This document shows positions 9,131-19,177 of a DNA stretch of 64,000 nucleotides, piece by piece. Source of the stretch: Vicinamibacteria bacterium (GTDB lineage Bacteria; Acidobacteriota; Vicinamibacteria; Marinacidobacterales; Marinacidobacteraceae); NCBI GenBank assembly GCA_965199715.1, contig OZ241322.1, positions 1,408,001 to 1,472,000 on the forward strand. The letters run 5' to 3'. Within the stretch, counting starts at the first letter, position 1. Every line of letters starts with the position of its first letter. The position numbers and the translations under genes are program-made. The notes under the pieces are model-generated. The model was given only the letters and a program-made list of their open reading frames with translations, was not told the origin of the DNA and searched no databases.

Positions 9131-10723
9131 ATGCGCCTGCTGCTCGCCGCGCTCCTGACCGCCGCTCCGGCGGTCGCCGAGGAGGGGATTCCGGTCACGA
9201 GCCCGCTGGTGCGGGCGGCCTGCGGAAGCTGCCATCCGAGCGACGACGACGGCCGGATGACCCGCATCTCGCACCAGCGCAAGTCCGCCGAGGGCTGGCA
9301 GATCACGATCGTGCGCATGATGCGCACCGGCAACGTGGACTTGGAGCCCGAGGACGCGCGGGCGATCGTCCGGTACCTGACCGACAGCCACGGGCTGGCC
9401 CCCGAGGAGGAGCGCCCGGTCTTCCACCAGGCCGAGCAGCGCGCCTTCCAGGAGACGGTGGGCGAGGACGAGGAACTGCTCCAGGAGACCTGCTCGCGCT
9501 GCCACCTGACCGCCCGATTCCGCGCCCAGCGGCGCACCGCCGAGGAGTGGGACCTGCTGAAGGGCATGCACGTCGGCTACTTCCCGGTCATCGAGTTCCA
9601 GACCTTCCGCGGGTCCCCGGCGGCGGACGGAAGCTGGGCCGTCGATCGGGCGCTCGACCAACTGAAGGAGAAGTACCCGTTCTCGACCCCCGAGTTCGAG
9701 GCGCACCGGGCCAAGGGGCCGGGCGCCGGGATCGCCGGGCGCTGGACGGTCCGGGGCCATCTTCCGGGCGCCGGGCCGATCGGCGGATTCGTCGAGTTCG
9801 AGCCCGGTCCGGACGGAGACTGGCGGGAACGGACGACGTTCGTCCATCGGGACGGCACCGTCGAGGAGCGCACCGGCTCCGGAGTCCTCTACGGCGGCTT
9901 CTCGTTCCGGGGCCGGACCGACGGGCCGGTGCTCGGCGAACGGCGGGCCGCGCTCCTGCTCTCGGACGACGGCGCGACGCTGACCGGGCGCATGTTCCGG
10001 GGACGCTTCGGCGAGGACGGCGTGGAGCTGACGCTGACCCGGGGCGCGGGAGCCTCGGCGGCCTGGCCGCGTTCCGCCAGGCGCGGCGAAACGGTGAGCC
10101 TGCGCATCCTCGGCGACGGGTTCGCCCACGCGGACGGCCTCGACTTCGGGGCCGGGGTCACGGTGACGCGGACGCGGGTCGTGTCCGGGCAGGAAATCGC
10201 CGCCGAGGTCGCCATCGACCCCGACGCCGGGATCGGCTACCGGGATCTGGCGCTCGGCGGGACGCGGCTCGTGGACGGATTCGCGGTCCACGACGGGATC
10301 GGCTACGTGAAGGTGACTCCGGAGCAGGCGCTCGCCCGGGTCGGCGGCGCGGTCGCGCCCCGCCAACCGGCGCAGTTCGAGGCGGTCGGCTGGCATTCGG
10401 GCCGGGACGGCGAGCCGCTCACCGGGGACGACCTCGACCTCGGGCTGCTGGACGTCTCGTGGAGCACCGCCGAGTACTACATCCGCGACGAGGACGCGGA
10501 CACCCGCTTCGTCGGGAACGTGAACCAGCGCGGCCTGTTCACTCCGGCGCTCGACGGCCCGAACCCCGAACGCCCGCTGAACGCCGACAACATGGGCGAC
10601 GTCTGGATCGTCGCCGAGTACGCGGCCCCGGACGGCCGGACCCTGCGGGGCCGCGCCCGGCTCGTCGTGGCTCCGCCCGTGTTCATCCACTGGGACCTCT
10701 TCCCGGAGCGCGCCGGCCAATGA
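9131..10723 (+). CDS. qhpA: Quinohemoprotein amine dehydrogenase alpha subunit (di-heme c)
   Basis: Signal peptide, CGSCH and CSRCH, RISHQRKSAEGW, GLFTPALDGPNPER. Confidence 0.9.
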   Translation: MRLLLAALLTAAPAVAEEGIPVTSPLVRAACGSCHPSDDDGRMTRISHQRKSAEGWQITIVRMMRTGNVDLEPEDARAIVRYLTDSHGLAPEEERPVFHQAEQRAFQETVGEDEELLQETCSRCHLTARFRAQRRTAEEWDLLKGMHVGYFPVIEFQTFRGSPAADGSWAVDRALDQLKEKYPFSTPEFEAHRAKGPGAGIAGRWTVRGHLPGAGPIGGFVEFEPGPDGDWRERTTFVHRDGTVEERTGSGVLYGGFSFRGRTDGPVLGERRAALLLSDDGATLTGRMFRGRFGEDGVELTLTRGAGASAAWPRSARRGETVSLRILGDGFAHADGLDFGAGVTVTRTRVVSGQEIAAEVAIDPDAGIGYRDLALGGTRLVDGFAVHDGIGYVKVTPEQALARVGGAVAPRQPAQFEAVGWHSGRDGEPLTGDDLDLGLLDVSWSTAEYYIRDEDADTRFVGNVNQRGLFTPALDGPNPERPLNADNMGDVWIVAEYAAPDGRTLRGRARLVVAPPVFIHWDLFPERAGQ

Positions 10724-12144
10724 GCGGAACCCGCGTCGCCGCCGGCGAGATGCATCGGTTCACCGGCGGGAGCCGCAACTTCGCCTTCCTCGTCCCGTCC
10801 TCGATGATCTTCGAGCTGGACGAGGCCAGCGACCGGGTGCTCCGGCGGCTCGAGGACGGCCCGAAGCCGCCCGGCGAGGTGGTCACGAGCCCCGAGGAGG
10901 CGGACGCGCTGCGGGAGCTCGCCGGCATCGGGGCGGTCTCCCGGGAGGGCGCACCGCTGATCCCGATCGGCGGCCTCGCCGAAGTCGAGACCCCGCCGCC
11001 GATCCGCACCGTCGTCCTGAACGTCACGAACTCGTGCAACCTCGCCTGCCGCTACTGCTACGAGTACGGCGACGACCGGATCGCCGCCGCCGAGGTTCCC
11101 GCGGCGATGACCGAGGAAGTGGCGCGGCAGTCGGTCCGGCGGCTCATCGCCGACTCGGGCGAGGCGAAGGACCTCCAGGTCACCTTCTTCGGCGGCGAGA
11201 CCCTCCTCAACTGGAAGGTGATTCCGGGCACCGTGGAGTTCGCGCGGGAGGAGGCCCGGAAAGCGGGCAAGCGGGTGGATTTCAGCCTCACCACGAACGC
11301 CACGCTGCTCACGACCCAGGTCTCGCAGTGGATCGCCGACAACGGGATCGGGGTGACCATCAGCGTGGACGGCCCGAAGGAGTTCCAGGACTCCATGCGG
11401 GTGTACGGCGGCGGCATGGGGAGCTACGACGTGATCGCGCCGCGGATCCGCGAGTTCCTCAAGCTCCAGAAGCGCCCGGTGGGAGCGCGGGTGACCCTCA
11501 CCTCGCAGACGCTCGACGTGCCCCGCATCTTCGAGCACCTGATCGGGCTCGGGTTCTACGAGGTCGGCTTCGCGCCGGTAACCTCTTCGCCGGGCCAGGA
11601 CTACGCGCTGGACGACGGCGGCTTCGACGAGCTGCTGGACCAGTTCCGGGCGCTCGCCGACAGCTATGTCGAGACCGCGGCCAAGGGCGGCTACCTCGGC
11701 TTCTCGAACCTGACCGACCTGCTCGGCGAGATCCACCAGGGCGTGAGCAAGGCGTACCCGTGCGGCGCCGGCCTCGGCCTCGTGGGCGTCGCGCCCGGCG
11801 GGGAGATCGGTCTCTGCCACCGCTTCGCCGGCTCGGGCGACCACGATCTGGGCCACGTGGACACCGGGATCGACGACGCGAAGCGCGTGGAGCACCTCGA
11901 GAAGGCGCACATCGACGCTCGCACGGACTGCAGCCAATGCTGGGTCCGCAGCCTGTGCTCGGGCGGCTGCTACCACGAGGCCCAGACTCGCTACGGCGAC
12001 CGGTTCCGCCCCAATCTGCACTACTGCGACTGGATCCGCGACTGGACCGCGCTCGGCCTGTCGGCGTACGGTCGGCTGCTCGAAGCGAACCCCGCGTTCC
12101 TGAAACGCTTTGACGGCCCGGCCCGGGAGCGGCTGAACCCGTAG
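10720..12144 (+). CDS. qhpD: Radical SAM/SPASM thioether-forming maturase
   Basis: CNLACRYC, FFGGETL, YPCGAG, CSQCWVRSLCSGGC; ATGA overlap with qhpA. Confidence 0.9.
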   Translation: MSGTRVAAGEMHRFTGGSRNFAFLVPSSMIFELDEASDRVLRRLEDGPKPPGEVVTSPEEADALRELAGIGAVSREGAPLIPIGGLAEVETPPPIRTVVLNVTNSCNLACRYCYEYGDDRIAAAEVPAAMTEEVARQSVRRLIADSGEAKDLQVTFFGGETLLNWKVIPGTVEFAREEARKAGKRVDFSLTTNATLLTTQVSQWIADNGIGVTISVDGPKEFQDSMRVYGGGMGSYDVIAPRIREFLKLQKRPVGARVTLTSQTLDVPRIFEHLIGLGFYEVGFAPVTSSPGQDYALDDGGFDELLDQFRALADSYVETAAKGGYLGFSNLTDLLGEIHQGVSKAYPCGAGLGLVGVAPGGEIGLCHRFAGSGDHDLGHVDTGIDDAKRVEHLEKAHIDARTDCSQCWVRSLCSGGCYHEAQTRYGDRFRPNLHYCDWIRDWTALGLSAYGRLLEANPAFLKRFDGPARERLNP

Positions 12145-12154
12145 GAGGCCCGCG

Positions 12155-12481
12155 ATGAAGCACCTGAAACCGAAGAACGTGAAGGCTCGCTACGCCACCG
12201 AATGGCTGGAGGAGGGCGGAAGCGCGAAGGCGACCGCCGACGATCCCGGCCCACACTACCCGTCGGGCTGCACCACGATCTTCTCGCCGGGCTGGGAGGT
12301 GGACGCGACCGGCGGAACCGCCGCGCTCTGCCAGCCGATGGAGCGCGATCTCTACGACTGCTACAAGACCTGCTACTGGCCGGCGCAGGTGCCCGACTAC
12401 CTCAGCAACAGCCCCGACTGGCACAAGAACTGCGCCGCGGCCACCCAGGACTGGCGCGAAATCGACCTGATCTTCCCCTGA
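12155..12481 (+). CDS. qhpC: QHNDH gamma subunit precursor (CTQ, thioether-crosslinked peptide)
   Basis: MKHLKP leader; GCTT.F.PGWE, LCQPME.DLY.C...C.WPAQV.D core; GGAGG RBS. Confidence 0.93.
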   Translation: MKHLKPKNVKARYATEWLEEGGSAKATADDPGPHYPSGCTTIFSPGWEVDATGGTAALCQPMERDLYDCYKTCYWPAQVPDYLSNSPDWHKNCAAATQDWREIDLIFP

Positions 12482-13545
12482 TGCTTCCACGCGCCCTCGC
12501 CCTCCTCCTGCTGGCGCTCCCGGCGGCCGCCGAGGAGCCGAACCGGTTCCTCGCCGGGGTCTGGCCGGACCGCCTGATCGCCTTCAACCAGGAGACGCTC
12601 GTCTTCGAGCCGATCGGCGCGCTCCGCCACGGCGTCTCCACCGGGCAGGCGCGATCCCCCGACGGGCGCTTCTTCGTCTTCGTGACCGGGCGGCAGGAAG
12701 CGGTCGAGATCTTCGATTCCGAGGCGCTCGCGGTCGTGGATGAGTTCCGGCTCTCGACCGGCGCCCGCCGCATCCGCATCCAGCGCGCCACCCCGGACCC
12801 CCGAGCGGAGCGCATCTTCCTGCGGACGGTGGAAGTGGTCGAGGAGTCGGACCGCTTCCTCCACGACACCAAGGAGGAGATCCAGGTCTTCGACCGGGCC
12901 CGGGGCGAGATCGTCCACCGGATCCCGGCGGGCGAGTTCGTGAACCCGTGGCTCTCGGCGATCCACTTCAGCCCGAGCGGCGACCGCATGTACCTGCTCG
13001 GCGTGGACTCGCTCGTCGAGATGGATCCCGAGACCTGGGAGGTCCTCGAGCGGGTCGAGTGGAACGAGCCGCTCGCCCCCGGCTTCGGCGCGCCCCGGGG
13101 CGCCCGGCTGCGGCTCGTCGAACCCGGGCGGCTGTTCGGGATCTACCGGACGACCGAGCCGATGCAGGGCATGGACCTGTTCGGCGTGCTGGAGATCCGC
13201 CTTCCCGAGAAGTCCGTCGCCAGCTTCGAGGTCGGTCCGGGGATGCGCGTCGGCCAGTTCGCGCTCTCGCCGGACGGAAAGTTCGGGTACGCCGGGCTCA
13301 GCGACTTCGCGGTCATCGACATGGAGACCAGGGAAGTCGTCCTGCGCAAGAAGGGCTTCGAGCGGGGCCGCACGAACACCTCGCTCATCGTTTCGGCGGA
13401 CGGCGCGCGGCTGTTCATCTCCGGCGTCGGCGACACGATGTACGTCCATGACGCGCGCACCCTCGAACGCGAGACCGAGGTCTTCGCCGGGGGCGACTTC
13501 ATGATCTCGCCGACCGAGATGCGGCGGAGCGGCTCGGGCAACTGA
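12481..13545 (+). CDS. qhpB: QHNDH beta subunit (beta-propeller)
   Basis: ATG at 12481 overlapping qhpC stop; signal peptide, SPDG propeller repeats, operon position. Confidence 0.75.
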   Translation: MLPRALALLLLALPAAAEEPNRFLAGVWPDRLIAFNQETLVFEPIGALRHGVSTGQARSPDGRFFVFVTGRQEAVEIFDSEALAVVDEFRLSTGARRIRIQRATPDPRAERIFLRTVEVVEESDRFLHDTKEEIQVFDRARGEIVHRIPAGEFVNPWLSAIHFSPSGDRMYLLGVDSLVEMDPETWEVLERVEWNEPLAPGFGAPRGARLRLVEPGRLFGIYRTTEPMQGMDLFGVLEIRLPEKSVASFEVGPGMRVGQFALSPDGKFGYAGLSDFAVIDMETREVVLRKKGFERGRTNTSLIVSADGARLFISGVGDTMYVHDARTLERETEVFAGGDFMISPTEMRRSGSGN

Positions 13546-15203
13546 CCTCCGGCGCCTCGCCCGACCTCTACGGCCGGGCGTTCCGGCTGACCCGGCCCTA
13601 CTGGCGGCGGCTGCCGCCGGTGCTCGCGCTCTCGGTGGTTTCAGGGCTTCCGGGGCATCTCTGGCCGCTCTTGGTCCAACCGCTCGTGGACGGGGCGCTG
13701 CTGGGCGGCGATTTCGGCCTCCTCGTGCGGCTCGCCGGGGCGATGGCGGCGATGCAGGTGGTCGGCCTGCTGCTCTCCTCGTACACCGGCTACCGCTACG
13801 TCTCGGTCTCGGCGCGGGCGCTCTTCGAACTGCGGCTCACCGTCTATCGGAAGCTCCAGAAGCTGTCGCCGCGCTTCTTCGCCGAATCGCGCACCGGGGA
13901 CGTGCTCTCCCGGCTGAACACCGACGTCTCGGAGCTGCAGCGGACCGCCGGCGACCTGCTGCTGTCGCTTGTCTCGAACGTCCTCGGCCTCGCGGTCTCC
14001 GTCACCATGGTCGCGTGGCTCGCCCCGTCGCTGCTCGTTCCCTCGCTCGTCGCCGTTCCCCTCGCGTCGGTCGCGCTCTCGAGGCTGCGCGGGCGGGTGA
14101 TCCGGGAAAGCCGCCAGCTCCGGGAGGCGGGCGCGTCCGTCGGAAGCCTGCTGGTCGAGTCCATCCTCGGGCTGCGCCAGACGGTCGCCTTCGGCCAGCA
14201 GGCGCGCGAGGCGAAGCGGTTCGGGCGCGAGAACGACCGCTTCATCGACGCCCTGCTGCAGGCGCGGCGGACGACCTACGTGGCCGCCGGGATTCCGTCC
14301 TCGGTGGTCGCGCTCGCCGGCGCGGCGACGTTCCTCTACGGCGGGTTCCTCGTCATGGAGGGCGCCCTCACCCTCGGGACGCTCGGAGCCGCGATGATCT
14401 ACCAAGGACGGCTCTTCGGCCCGATCCAGGGGCTGATCGGCCAGCGCCTCTCGCTGCAGGCGGCGCGGGCCTCGCTCGAGCGGGTCTTCCATCTGCTGGA
14501 CCAGCCGGACGGAGTGCGGCAGGCGAAGGACCCGGTCGCGCCCGGCGCGGGACCGTTCCGGCTGGACCGGGTGGGGCTCGCGTACGGCCGCGGCGCGGTG
14601 CTGGACGGGCTTTCGCTGACGCTTCCCGAGCGCTCGCTTACGGCGCTGCTCGGCCATACCGGGGTCGGCAAGACCACGGTGGCGGACCTCATCCTGCGGC
14701 GGATGGATCCGGACTCGGGCCGGCTCGGCTGGGGCGCGACCGATCTCCGCCGCATCGACCTCGGAGCGCTGCGCCGCCGGGTCGCGGTCGTGGAGCAGGA
14801 GCCGTTCCTGTTCCACGACTCGATCCTCGCGAACATCCGCTACGGCGCGCCCGACGCGACGCTGCGGGAGGTGCGCGAGGCGGCCCGGCTCGCCGCGCTC
14901 GACGGGTTCCTCGCCGAGCTGCCGGGCGGGTTGGAGACGGTGGTCGGCGAACGCGGCCAGTCGCTCTCCGCCGGACAGCGCCAGCGAATCGCGATCGCGC
15001 GGGCGGTGATCACCGACCCGGCGCTCATCGTCCTCGACGAGCCCAGCTCGGCGCTCGACGAGGCGACCGAGGCGCTGCTGGTCGAACGCCTCGTCCCCTG
15101 GCTGCGGGAGCGGATGGCGCTCGTGATGACCCATCGCCCGGCCTTCGTCGAGGCGGCGGACCAGGCGTTCGCGCTCCGGAACGGACGGGCGGAACCGATG
15201 TGA
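13542..15203 (+). CDS. qhpF: ABC exporter for QhpC (probable CTG start at 13542; GTG 13620 alternative)
   Basis: TM domain, GHTGVGKT, LSAGQ, VLDEP; position in qhp operon. Confidence 0.75.
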   Translation: MTSGASPDLYGRAFRLTRPYWRRLPPVLALSVVSGLPGHLWPLLVQPLVDGALLGGDFGLLVRLAGAMAAMQVVGLLLSSYTGYRYVSVSARALFELRLTVYRKLQKLSPRFFAESRTGDVLSRLNTDVSELQRTAGDLLLSLVSNVLGLAVSVTMVAWLAPSLLVPSLVAVPLASVALSRLRGRVIRESRQLREAGASVGSLLVESILGLRQTVAFGQQAREAKRFGRENDRFIDALLQARRTTYVAAGIPSSVVALAGAATFLYGGFLVMEGALTLGTLGAAMIYQGRLFGPIQGLIGQRLSLQAARASLERVFHLLDQPDGVRQAKDPVAPGAGPFRLDRVGLAYGRGAVLDGLSLTLPERSLTALLGHTGVGKTTVADLILRRMDPDSGRLGWGATDLRRIDLGALRRRVAVVEQEPFLFHDSILANIRYGAPDATLREVREAARLAALDGFLAELPGGLETVVGERGQSLSAGQRQRIAIARAVITDPALIVLDEPSSALDEATEALLVERLVPWLRERMALVMTHRPAFVEAADQAFALRNGRAEPM

Positions 15204-15763
15204 CGCTGCGGATCGCCGTCGTGGACAGCGGGATCAACCCGGCGCACCGGCACGTGGGCCCGGTGGCGGGCGGGGTGCGCATCCGCATGCGCGACGGCCG
15301 GCTCACGTTCGACGACGACTGGCGCGACGGCCTCGGCCACGGGACGGCGGTGGCCGCCGTGATTTCCGACGGGCTGGACCCGGACCAGTTCGCGCTGCTT
15401 TCGGTCCGGATCTTCAACCGGCGCCTCGACGCGCCGCCCGAGGCCGTGGCCGCCGGGATCGAGTGGGCGGTCGAAAACGGCGCGGACCTCGTCAACCTGA
15501 GCGTCGCGACGTCCGGCGAAATCCGGGCGGCGGTCCCGGTGTTCGCGCCGGCCGGACTTTCGGGCGCGATCGGGGTGGAAGCCGACGACCGCCTTGGCTA
15601 CGGGACGGTCCTGCCCGGCCCGCCGATCCGCGCCTCGCCGTGGGCGCGCCCGCTGCCGCCGCTGCCCCGGGAGAAGAACTTCCGCGGCGTGAGCTTCGCG
15701 GTGGCGGCCGCCGTCGGCCGGGCGGCGCGGCTACGGCTTCAGGGGGAGGCGAGCAGCACGTAA
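15200..15763 (+). CDS. qhpE: Small subtilisin-like (S8) leader peptidase
   Basis: IAVVDSG, GHGTAVA, GVSFA catalytic-triad motifs; GTGA overlap. Confidence 0.8.
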   Translation: MTLRIAVVDSGINPAHRHVGPVAGGVRIRMRDGRLTFDDDWRDGLGHGTAVAAVISDGLDPDQFALLSVRIFNRRLDAPPEAVAAGIEWAVENGADLVNLSVATSGEIRAAVPVFAPAGLSGAIGVEADDRLGYGTVLPGPPIRASPWARPLPPLPREKNFRGVSFAVAAAVGRAARLRLQGEASST

Positions 15764-16236
15764 TTCGCCTTGCAGTGGCGCTCGAGCTCCTCGGCGAGAT
15801 CGCCCGCGGCGTTCCTGAGGCTCGCGCCCTGTTCGCGCTCGTCCAGCCCGATCAGCGGCTTCACGTCCCGCTCGATGATCGCGATGGCGTTCACCGAATG
15901 GGTCTCGACGACGACGCTTCCCTCGACCATGATGGGCGTGCCGTTCAGGATGTGCCGGTTCACCTTGGGCTGCATCTTCTCGGCCACCCGGTAGCCGGCG
16001 ACCCGCAGCACGATCCGCGCGGCTTCCGGCTCCTCGACGATACGGAACCAGCGATCCCGGTCGCCGACCCGCTCGCGCACCGCCTCCACCGCGGAGAGGA
16101 TGCGGATCAACGCGTCCTCGTCGGCGGCGTCGCCGGCGACCACGGCGACCACGGCGACCGGGAACGGTTCGGGCGGGTTGCGGGGGGCCTGCGGCTCGAA
16201 CGCGGCCGCGAGCAGGGCGAGAGCGACGAAGCGCAT
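15739..16236 (-). CDS. Secreted hypothetical protein (paralog of 22935-23357)
   Basis: Signal peptide MRFVALALLAAA; coding-like composition. Confidence 0.65.
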   Translation of the reverse strand: MRFVALALLAAAFEPQAPRNPPEPFPVAVVAVVAGDAADEDALIRILSAVEAVRERVGDRDRWFRIVEEPEAARIVLRVAGYRVAEKMQPKVNRHILNGTPIMVEGSVVVETHSVNAIAIIERDVKPLIGLDEREQGASLRNAAGDLAEELERHCKANYVLLASP

Positions 16237-16243
16237 GGCCCCC

Positions 16244-17491
16244 TCATGGTAGCCAAGGCGCGGCCTCGCCGTCCGCCGCGCCGAAGGAGAACGTCCGCAC
16301 CGCCGAATCGGCGAGCGAGTCCCGCAGCAGCTCGTCCATCCCGGGCAGGAGCCGGGCCTCGAGCGACGCGAGCCCTCCGGGGCGCGAGCGGGTCCGGGGC
16401 GAGCGGGCGATGAGGGCGCAGCAGTCCTTGGCCGGCTCGGCCGAGACGTCGTGGGTTCCGATGGCCTCGGCGCGGGCCATGATCGCGGCCTTGTCCAGCC
16501 CGATCAGCGGCCGCAGCACCGGCATGGACACCGCGGCGTCCACGGTGATGAGGTTGCCGATCGTCTGCGAGGCGACCTGCGAGAGGCTGTCCCCGGTCAC
16601 GAGCGCCGCGGCCTCGAAGCGTTCCGCCGCCGCTTGGGCGCACCGGAGCGCGAACCGGCGGAAAAGGAGCGCCTCGTAGCCGGTTCTCGACCCGGCGAGC
16701 TCGAGGTCCAGCCGGACGAACGGCACGAGCACCAGCCGAGAGCGCCCGGTGTAGCGCGACAGCGCGGCGACGAGCCGGGAGACCTTGACGACCGAGGGAT
16801 CGTCGGAATGGGGATGCCCGGGCGCGACGTGCAGGAAGTCCACCTGCGCCCCCCGGCTGGCCAGCATCCACGCCGCCACCGGCGAATCGAACCCGCCCGA
16901 GAGCAGCGCGAGGAAGCGGCCCGCCACGCCCACCGGCAGCCCCCCCGGCCCCCGCCGCCGCTCGGTCCACACGCAGCAGGCGTCCTCGTAGTTGTCGATG
17001 CGCACGGTGAGCGCCGGCGCGGACAGGTTCACCCGGCGCCAACCGGTTCGCTCGAGGACGGCGGCGCCGACGGCGTCGGCGATCCCCTGGGAACGGATCG
17101 GGAACCCCGGATCCCGCCGGCGCGCGCGGACCGCGAAGCCCGCCTCGGGATCGTCGGGGCGGCCGGCTTCCGCCAGCTCGCAGGCGAGCTCGACGAGCTG
17201 CGGGACCAGCCCGTCCCCGGTTCCGTCATGGGGAATCGCGTGCGCGGGGATCGCGAGCTCCACCCCGAACACCGTGCGCAGCGCCTCCAGAACCGGGTCG
17301 ATGCGCTCGGGATCCACGGCCTCGATCCAGACCCGGTCGCGCATGGAGCGCACCCGCCAGCCGCAGCCGACGCTGTCGAGCCGCGCCCGCAGGTTGCGCT
17401 TGAGCGCCTCGCGGAATCGGGGCCGGTTGCGGCCCTTGATCCGGACCTCGGGCGACCGGATCAGGATGCGCCGGGAGGCGAGCGGGAACAA
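16244..17491 (-). CDS. thiI: tRNA 4-thiouridine synthase (THUMP + PP-loop, no rhodanese domain)
   Basis: EVRIKGRNR, GPGGLPVG, LLSGGFDSPVA, TGDSLSQVASQT, RPLIGLDK, DCC. Confidence 0.88.
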   Translation of the reverse strand: MFPLASRRILIRSPEVRIKGRNRPRFREALKRNLRARLDSVGCGWRVRSMRDRVWIEAVDPERIDPVLEALRTVFGVELAIPAHAIPHDGTGDGLVPQLVELACELAEAGRPDDPEAGFAVRARRRDPGFPIRSQGIADAVGAAVLERTGWRRVNLSAPALTVRIDNYEDACCVWTERRRGPGGLPVGVAGRFLALLSGGFDSPVAAWMLASRGAQVDFLHVAPGHPHSDDPSVVKVSRLVAALSRYTGRSRLVLVPFVRLDLELAGSRTGYEALLFRRFALRCAQAAAERFEAAALVTGDSLSQVASQTIGNLITVDAAVSMPVLRPLIGLDKAAIMARAEAIGTHDVSAEPAKDCCALIARSPRTRSRPGGLASLEARLLPGMDELLRDSLADSAVRTFSFGAADGEAAPWLP

Positions 17492-17496
17492 CGGGG

Positions 17497-17570
<74 letters not shown>

Positions 17571-17583
17571 GCCCCGCAATCAC

Positions 17584-17659
17584 TGGTACGCCTGAGAGGA
17601 CTCGAACCTCTGACTTCTTGCTCCGGAGGCAAGCGCTCTATCCACTGAGCTACAGGCGC
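17584..17659 (-). tRNA. tRNA-Arg(CCG)
   Basis: GCGCCTGTAGCTCAGTGGATAGAGC...CTCCGGA...GGTTCGAGTCC...ACCA. Confidence 0.95.
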
Positions 17660-17676
17660 TCCCAGCCGGACGGGGC

Positions 17677-17685
17677 AGTGTATCA
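17677..17685 (-). promoter_or_regulatory. Extended -10 promoter (TGA-TACACT) for tRNA-Arg/tRNA-Lys/thiI
   Basis: TGnTAnnnT match 17 nt upstream of tRNA-Arg in a very GC-rich background. Confidence 0.5.
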
Positions 17686-19137
17686 ACCGGGCGTCAGCGC
17701 CCGCTTCACGACATCGTGCACCCGCGTCGCCGACCCGAGTCCGGCCGCGCCCTCGGAGCCCGGCCCGAAACCGATGAGCGGCACCGGCTCGTTCGTGTGC
17801 CCTCCGGTGGACCAGACGACCCGGATGTAGGGCGCGAGGGCCCGCGCCGCGAGCGCGGTCCGGATCGATCCCGAGTCCGCGTAGAAGCCGGCGAAGTCGC
17901 GGGTCGCCGGAGGATCCCGGTTGAGCTGTCCGGCGAGATCGGCCGCCTCCTCGTCGGTCAGGCGGACGCCGGTCGCGGTCTCGAGCGCGTCGGCGAGCTC
18001 GGGCGCGGCGAACGGCCGGTCGAGGTCGGCGAGGGTCTCGACCAGCGACCGGCGCGCCGAGGCGATCCGGTCGAGGTGCTCGCCGACGCCCATCGCCGGC
18101 CCCCGGAACGCCCCGGCGTAGTCCCATTCCACGAAGTCCGGGACCGGATCCGGGTCGCCCGCGGCGTAGCTGAGCGAAAAGCCGCCGGTCCCGTGGTCGG
18201 CGGTGACGAGGACGAGCGTGTCGCCGCGCTCCCGGGCGAAGTCGCCGGCCGCCCGGATCGCCTCGTCGAAGTCGAGGATTTCGGGCAGCATCGCCCCGGC
18301 GTCGTTGTCGTGGCCGGCGTAGTCGATGCGCCCGCCCTCCACCATGAGGAAGAACTGCCGGTCGGAGAGCGCGTCGAGCGCCGCCCGGGTCATGTCGGCG
18401 AGGGTCGGCACCGTCTCGTCGAGCCCGTCCCACGTGCGGTCGAGCACGAAGGGAAGGTGGCCGGACGCGAAGACGCCGAGAAGCCGCTCGCCCTCGGCCG
18501 CCGCGAGCGCGGCCCGGTCGCCCACGACCTCGTACCCGGCCTCGCGCGCCTCGGCGATCAGGTTGCGCCCGTCCTCGCGGCGCGAGTCCCCGTCGATCGC
18601 GACCCCGGGAACGTGGTCCGAGACGCGGCTGCCCTCGGGGACCATCACCCGGCCGCCGCCGCCGAGCAACACGTCCACCGGCGGATCGTCGAAGAGCTGG
18701 TCGGCGAGGCCCGGCTCCGGGGTGTAGCGCGAGGTGCTGTGGACGGTGAACGACGCCGGCGTGGCGTGGGTCAGGTTCATGTTCGAGACGAGCCCGGTCG
18801 CGAGGCCCTGTCGCGCCGCCCACTCCATGACCGTCTCCACCGGCTCGCCGGAGACGGCGTTCACGCTGAGCGTGCCGGGCAGCATCCGCTGGCCGGTGGC
18901 CATCTGCGACGCCGCCGCCGCCGAGTCGGTCACGAGGAACCCGCTGGGATCGACGACGGCGTACCCGATGTGGCCGTCGTTCGCGAGTTCGGCCATCGCG
19001 AGCGGCCCGTGCGCCAGCCCGAGCGCGAGATGGTTCATCCCGAAGCCGTCCCCGATGAAGAGGATCACGTTGCGGGGCGGCTCGGGCTGCGCGCAGCTCC
19101 CGAGCGCCATCGCCGCGAGGAGCGCCGCTTTTCTCAT
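17683..19137 (-). CDS. Alkaline phosphatase (lipoprotein)
   Basis: Lipobox LGSC; NVILFIGDG, VTDSAAA, THATPA, FFLMVEGGRIDYAGH, TADH, GHT. Confidence 0.9.
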   Translation of the reverse strand: MRKAALLAAMALGSCAQPEPPRNVILFIGDGFGMNHLALGLAHGPLAMAELANDGHIGYAVVDPSGFLVTDSAAAASQMATGQRMLPGTLSVNAVSGEPVETVMEWAARQGLATGLVSNMNLTHATPASFTVHSTSRYTPEPGLADQLFDDPPVDVLLGGGGRVMVPEGSRVSDHVPGVAIDGDSRREDGRNLIAEAREAGYEVVGDRAALAAAEGERLLGVFASGHLPFVLDRTWDGLDETVPTLADMTRAALDALSDRQFFLMVEGGRIDYAGHDNDAGAMLPEILDFDEAIRAAGDFARERGDTLVLVTADHGTGGFSLSYAAGDPDPVPDFVEWDYAGAFRGPAMGVGEHLDRIASARRSLVETLADLDRPFAAPELADALETATGVRLTDEEAADLAGQLNRDPPATRDFAGFYADSGSIRTALAARALAPYIRVVWSTGGHTNEPVPLIGFGPGSEGAAGLGSATRVHDVVKRALTPG

Positions 19138-19177
19138 GGGGCGGGGAGCTTACGCGGGCGGGGCCGATAATGCGGTC

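Noticed and set aside
9086-10720. Apparent long N-terminal extensions or fusions (7898-10720, 9112-12144, 40581-43871, 52761-57275)
   Set aside because: True starts are internal; the extensions overlap real genes in other frames
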